DNA of 45,488 bases from a virus (taxonomy: Duplodnaviria > Caudoviricetes), in the IMG/VR virus record IMGVR_UViG_3300016662_000110, positions 1 to 45,488 of that record; one strand, written 5' to 3'. The notes under the pieces were generated by a model. The model ran no database searches and was not told the DNA's origin. It saw nothing but the letters and a program-made list of their open reading frames with translations. Position 1 is the stretch's first letter. Every line of letters begins with the position of its first letter. Below, one piece after another: positions 43,552 through 45,488 of this stretch. Made by a program: the position numbers and the translations under genes.

Positions 43552-45111
43552 TTGGCCAAGAAGAATCGGGACGATTTTCTGCAGTCCACTATCACAGTCA
43601 TGCGCCAGCGAGCAGGCGAGGTGTGCTCAAATCCCGAATGCCTTGCCCCCACTGCCGCTCCGTGCGGTACCGACAAGGTCACAAGCATTGGCGTAGCAGC
43701 TCACATTCATGCTGCAGCACCTGGTGGAAAGCGCTACTTGGCAGGCATGACCGAAGACGAGCGGAGGCACATCGATAATGGCCTTTGGCTATGCTCGAAC
43801 TGTTCGATCATAATCGACCGGGACGTGGATATATTCCCATCAAAAATTCTGTTTGCATGGAAGTCTGCTGCTGAAAAACGGGCCACTGAGGTTCTGGGTA
43901 AAAGACCACAAAGCGCTGATGAAACGCTGGGGAAATTGATTGAAGCATTGGAAAAAAGGCAGCCCAAGCTCAGCCTCGCAAATGCGATTTCTAAAGCCCA
44001 CCGAGATCAGGAAGAGTTCCTCGAGGGGCTAGACCATCGTTTCGCAGTCACATCGCAGTTGATGTACGGTAAGCCTTGTATTGAGCTCAAAGCCAAAGAA
44101 TCCGTAAAAGTACAGTTCAAGATGCGTGGTGATGGTTATGCCGATGGGTTGAGGGATCTTTTCGATCATGGCAAAAAGTTTGAGATTGATCTGCTAGATA
44201 CCACCGTCCATGGATCTAAGCTTCTCTCCCATCTATTGGCTGAGGACGCCGCGGGCGGGAAGTTGGTCTTTAGTCCGTCAACCCGCACTGCCACTGCGAG
44301 GATTGAGCTCATCGATCCGAAAACTAGCGTGGTCGACCATCTGACAGAGGTCACAGGCGAGATTACAGCCGGCAAAAAGTCGATGCAGTTTGAAGGCAAA
44401 GCCTTCGAGGGGCTCTTCACTGTCGGCTTCAATAAACATCTCGTTGAAGATGGGTTACCACAAACCATCTCCATACATACCGATCTTGAGCAATGGGAAA
44501 AACGGCCACTAGGCACTCTTCCATATCTATCGAAGGTGGCAAAGCTTTACCAACGTCTGGCCGACGGCTGGGAGCTTTCACTGATCATGGAGCACAAGGG
44601 CGACGTCGTTTTCAGTGGGACAGGCGATTTCAGATCCTGTACAGACGACATTAAAGTTCTCAATGCCCTGATGATGTATACGACTAGAGCGCGCAGTATT
44701 TCGATGCTGCTTCAGAAGGAGGTTACCTTCACAAAAGACATCACTTTCGACGGACAGGAACTGGCGAATATCGAGGAAATTCGCCTGATATTGGAAAATC
44801 AGGGCCAGGTTCCAGAGGCAAACCTACCAAAGCCGATGGTCATCGACGTGATCTATGACGACAGAATCGACCAGTTTGAAATCTTAGGGGGAGGCAGCCC
44901 GGGAACCTTACGATTCATCGAAAACGACCATGGGGCGGTTGTTATTTTCGGTCAGCCGGTCAGGTTGCCAAAGAGAATTCTGCTCGTCGAAGGATTCATC
45001 CCTCAGATCAAGAAAAAGACGGGAAAGCGGAAGAACGGAGATACCTTCAAGCTGATCCTCAAACCTATCGATGGCTATGCTATGACCAATCTGTACGACC
45101 GAGCTATTTGA
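43552..45111 (+). CDS. N-terminal HNH-like nuclease domain fused to an unknown ~400-aa region
   Basis: RAG..CSNPEC...AAHI.AA.PGG.RY...NGLWLC.NC...ID; TTG start. Confidence 0.75.
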   Translation: MAKKNRDDFLQSTITVMRQRAGEVCSNPECLAPTAAPCGTDKVTSIGVAAHIHAAAPGGKRYLAGMTEDERRHIDNGLWLCSNCSIIIDRDVDIFPSKILFAWKSAAEKRATEVLGKRPQSADETLGKLIEALEKRQPKLSLANAISKAHRDQEEFLEGLDHRFAVTSQLMYGKPCIELKAKESVKVQFKMRGDGYADGLRDLFDHGKKFEIDLLDTTVHGSKLLSHLLAEDAAGGKLVFSPSTRTATARIELIDPKTSVVDHLTEVTGEITAGKKSMQFEGKAFEGLFTVGFNKHLVEDGLPQTISIHTDLEQWEKRPLGTLPYLSKVAKLYQRLADGWELSLIMEHKGDVVFSGTGDFRSCTDDIKVLNALMMYTTRARSISMLLQKEVTFTKDITFDGQELANIEEIRLILENQGQVPEANLPKPMVIDVIYDDRIDQFEILGGGSPGTLRFIENDHGAVVIFGQPVRLPKRILLVEGFIPQIKKKTGKRKNGDTFKLILKPIDGYAMTNLYDRAI

Positions 45112-45134
45112 GCTACACTATTCGGCCGAAGAAC

Positions 45135-45488
45135 TTAAGAAATATTTATCGAGACGCTTAGCTCCCCCTCTGACCAATGCTTTTCCATAGACTGCCAATT
45201 CTTATAAAGCTTATCCAAATCTACTTCAGGAGTAGCTAACAGATGAGCTTGGCCTAGCAGCGATCGCGCATTACTCCATCTTCGCGCAACCCATTTGAGC
45301 GTTTTTAGTGAAACGTAGATGAACTCTTCATTCTGGGTAATTACGTCTAGCGCCCCACGAACATTTCCTCCTACCTCAGATGAGCCTTGCAGCTCAATCC
45401 ATAGTGTCAGCTCCATGATGGCAGCTTCAAGGGCAAGCTGATTTTCATTGAGTTTGTAAAGGAGGGCGGGAATTAGGGCTGAGTTCAT
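45135..45488 (-). CDS. Small Pseudomonas prophage-associated hypothetical protein, possibly chimeric at the C-terminus
   Basis: LL.K.NENQLALEAAIMELTLW.E..GS..V..NVRGAL core; the second half looks unrelated. Confidence 0.6.
   Translation of the reverse strand: MNSALIPALLYKLNENQLALEAAIMELTLWIELQGSSEVGGNVRGALDVITQNEEFIYVSLKTLKWVARRWSNARSLLGQAHLLATPEVDLDKLYKNWQSMEKHWSEGELSVSINIS

Overview
The window holds an apparently complete temperate prophage of a Pseudomonas-like host (about 3.0-41.1 kb), with AT-richer accessory or defence-like genes on both sides. From left to right: a SIR2-domain gene and a Shedu-like PD-(D/E)xK nuclease gene; a leftward early operon (integrase, Xis, YfdQ/YfdP-like, PrtN-like, antirepressor, dNMP kinase); a lambdoid cI/cro switch with five 434-type operators; cII, a TraR zinc finger, a primase-helicase and a probable iteron origin; a Q-like gene, late leader and holin; a lambda-like cos site, terminase and head; a P2-like contractile tail with an inserted SGNH-esterase module; endolysin and spanins; LexA-boxed Dam and UmuDC. 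These are followed by an AlbA/Schlafen-HATPase gene, a MITE, IS debris and an HNH-domain gene. The most notable unexplained signal is non-coding. The 10-mer CCTCTCACCA occurs five times, mostly in hairpin loops and always in the sense of the two early transcripts, including the nutL/nutR-equivalent positions. It is usually followed by a CACAGCAC box at a start codon, and the complement of that box lies in the short late leader. This suggests an RNA-level control circuit. No att sites, tRNA genes or CRISPR arrays were identified. All family calls come from motif recognition by eye, not database searches.
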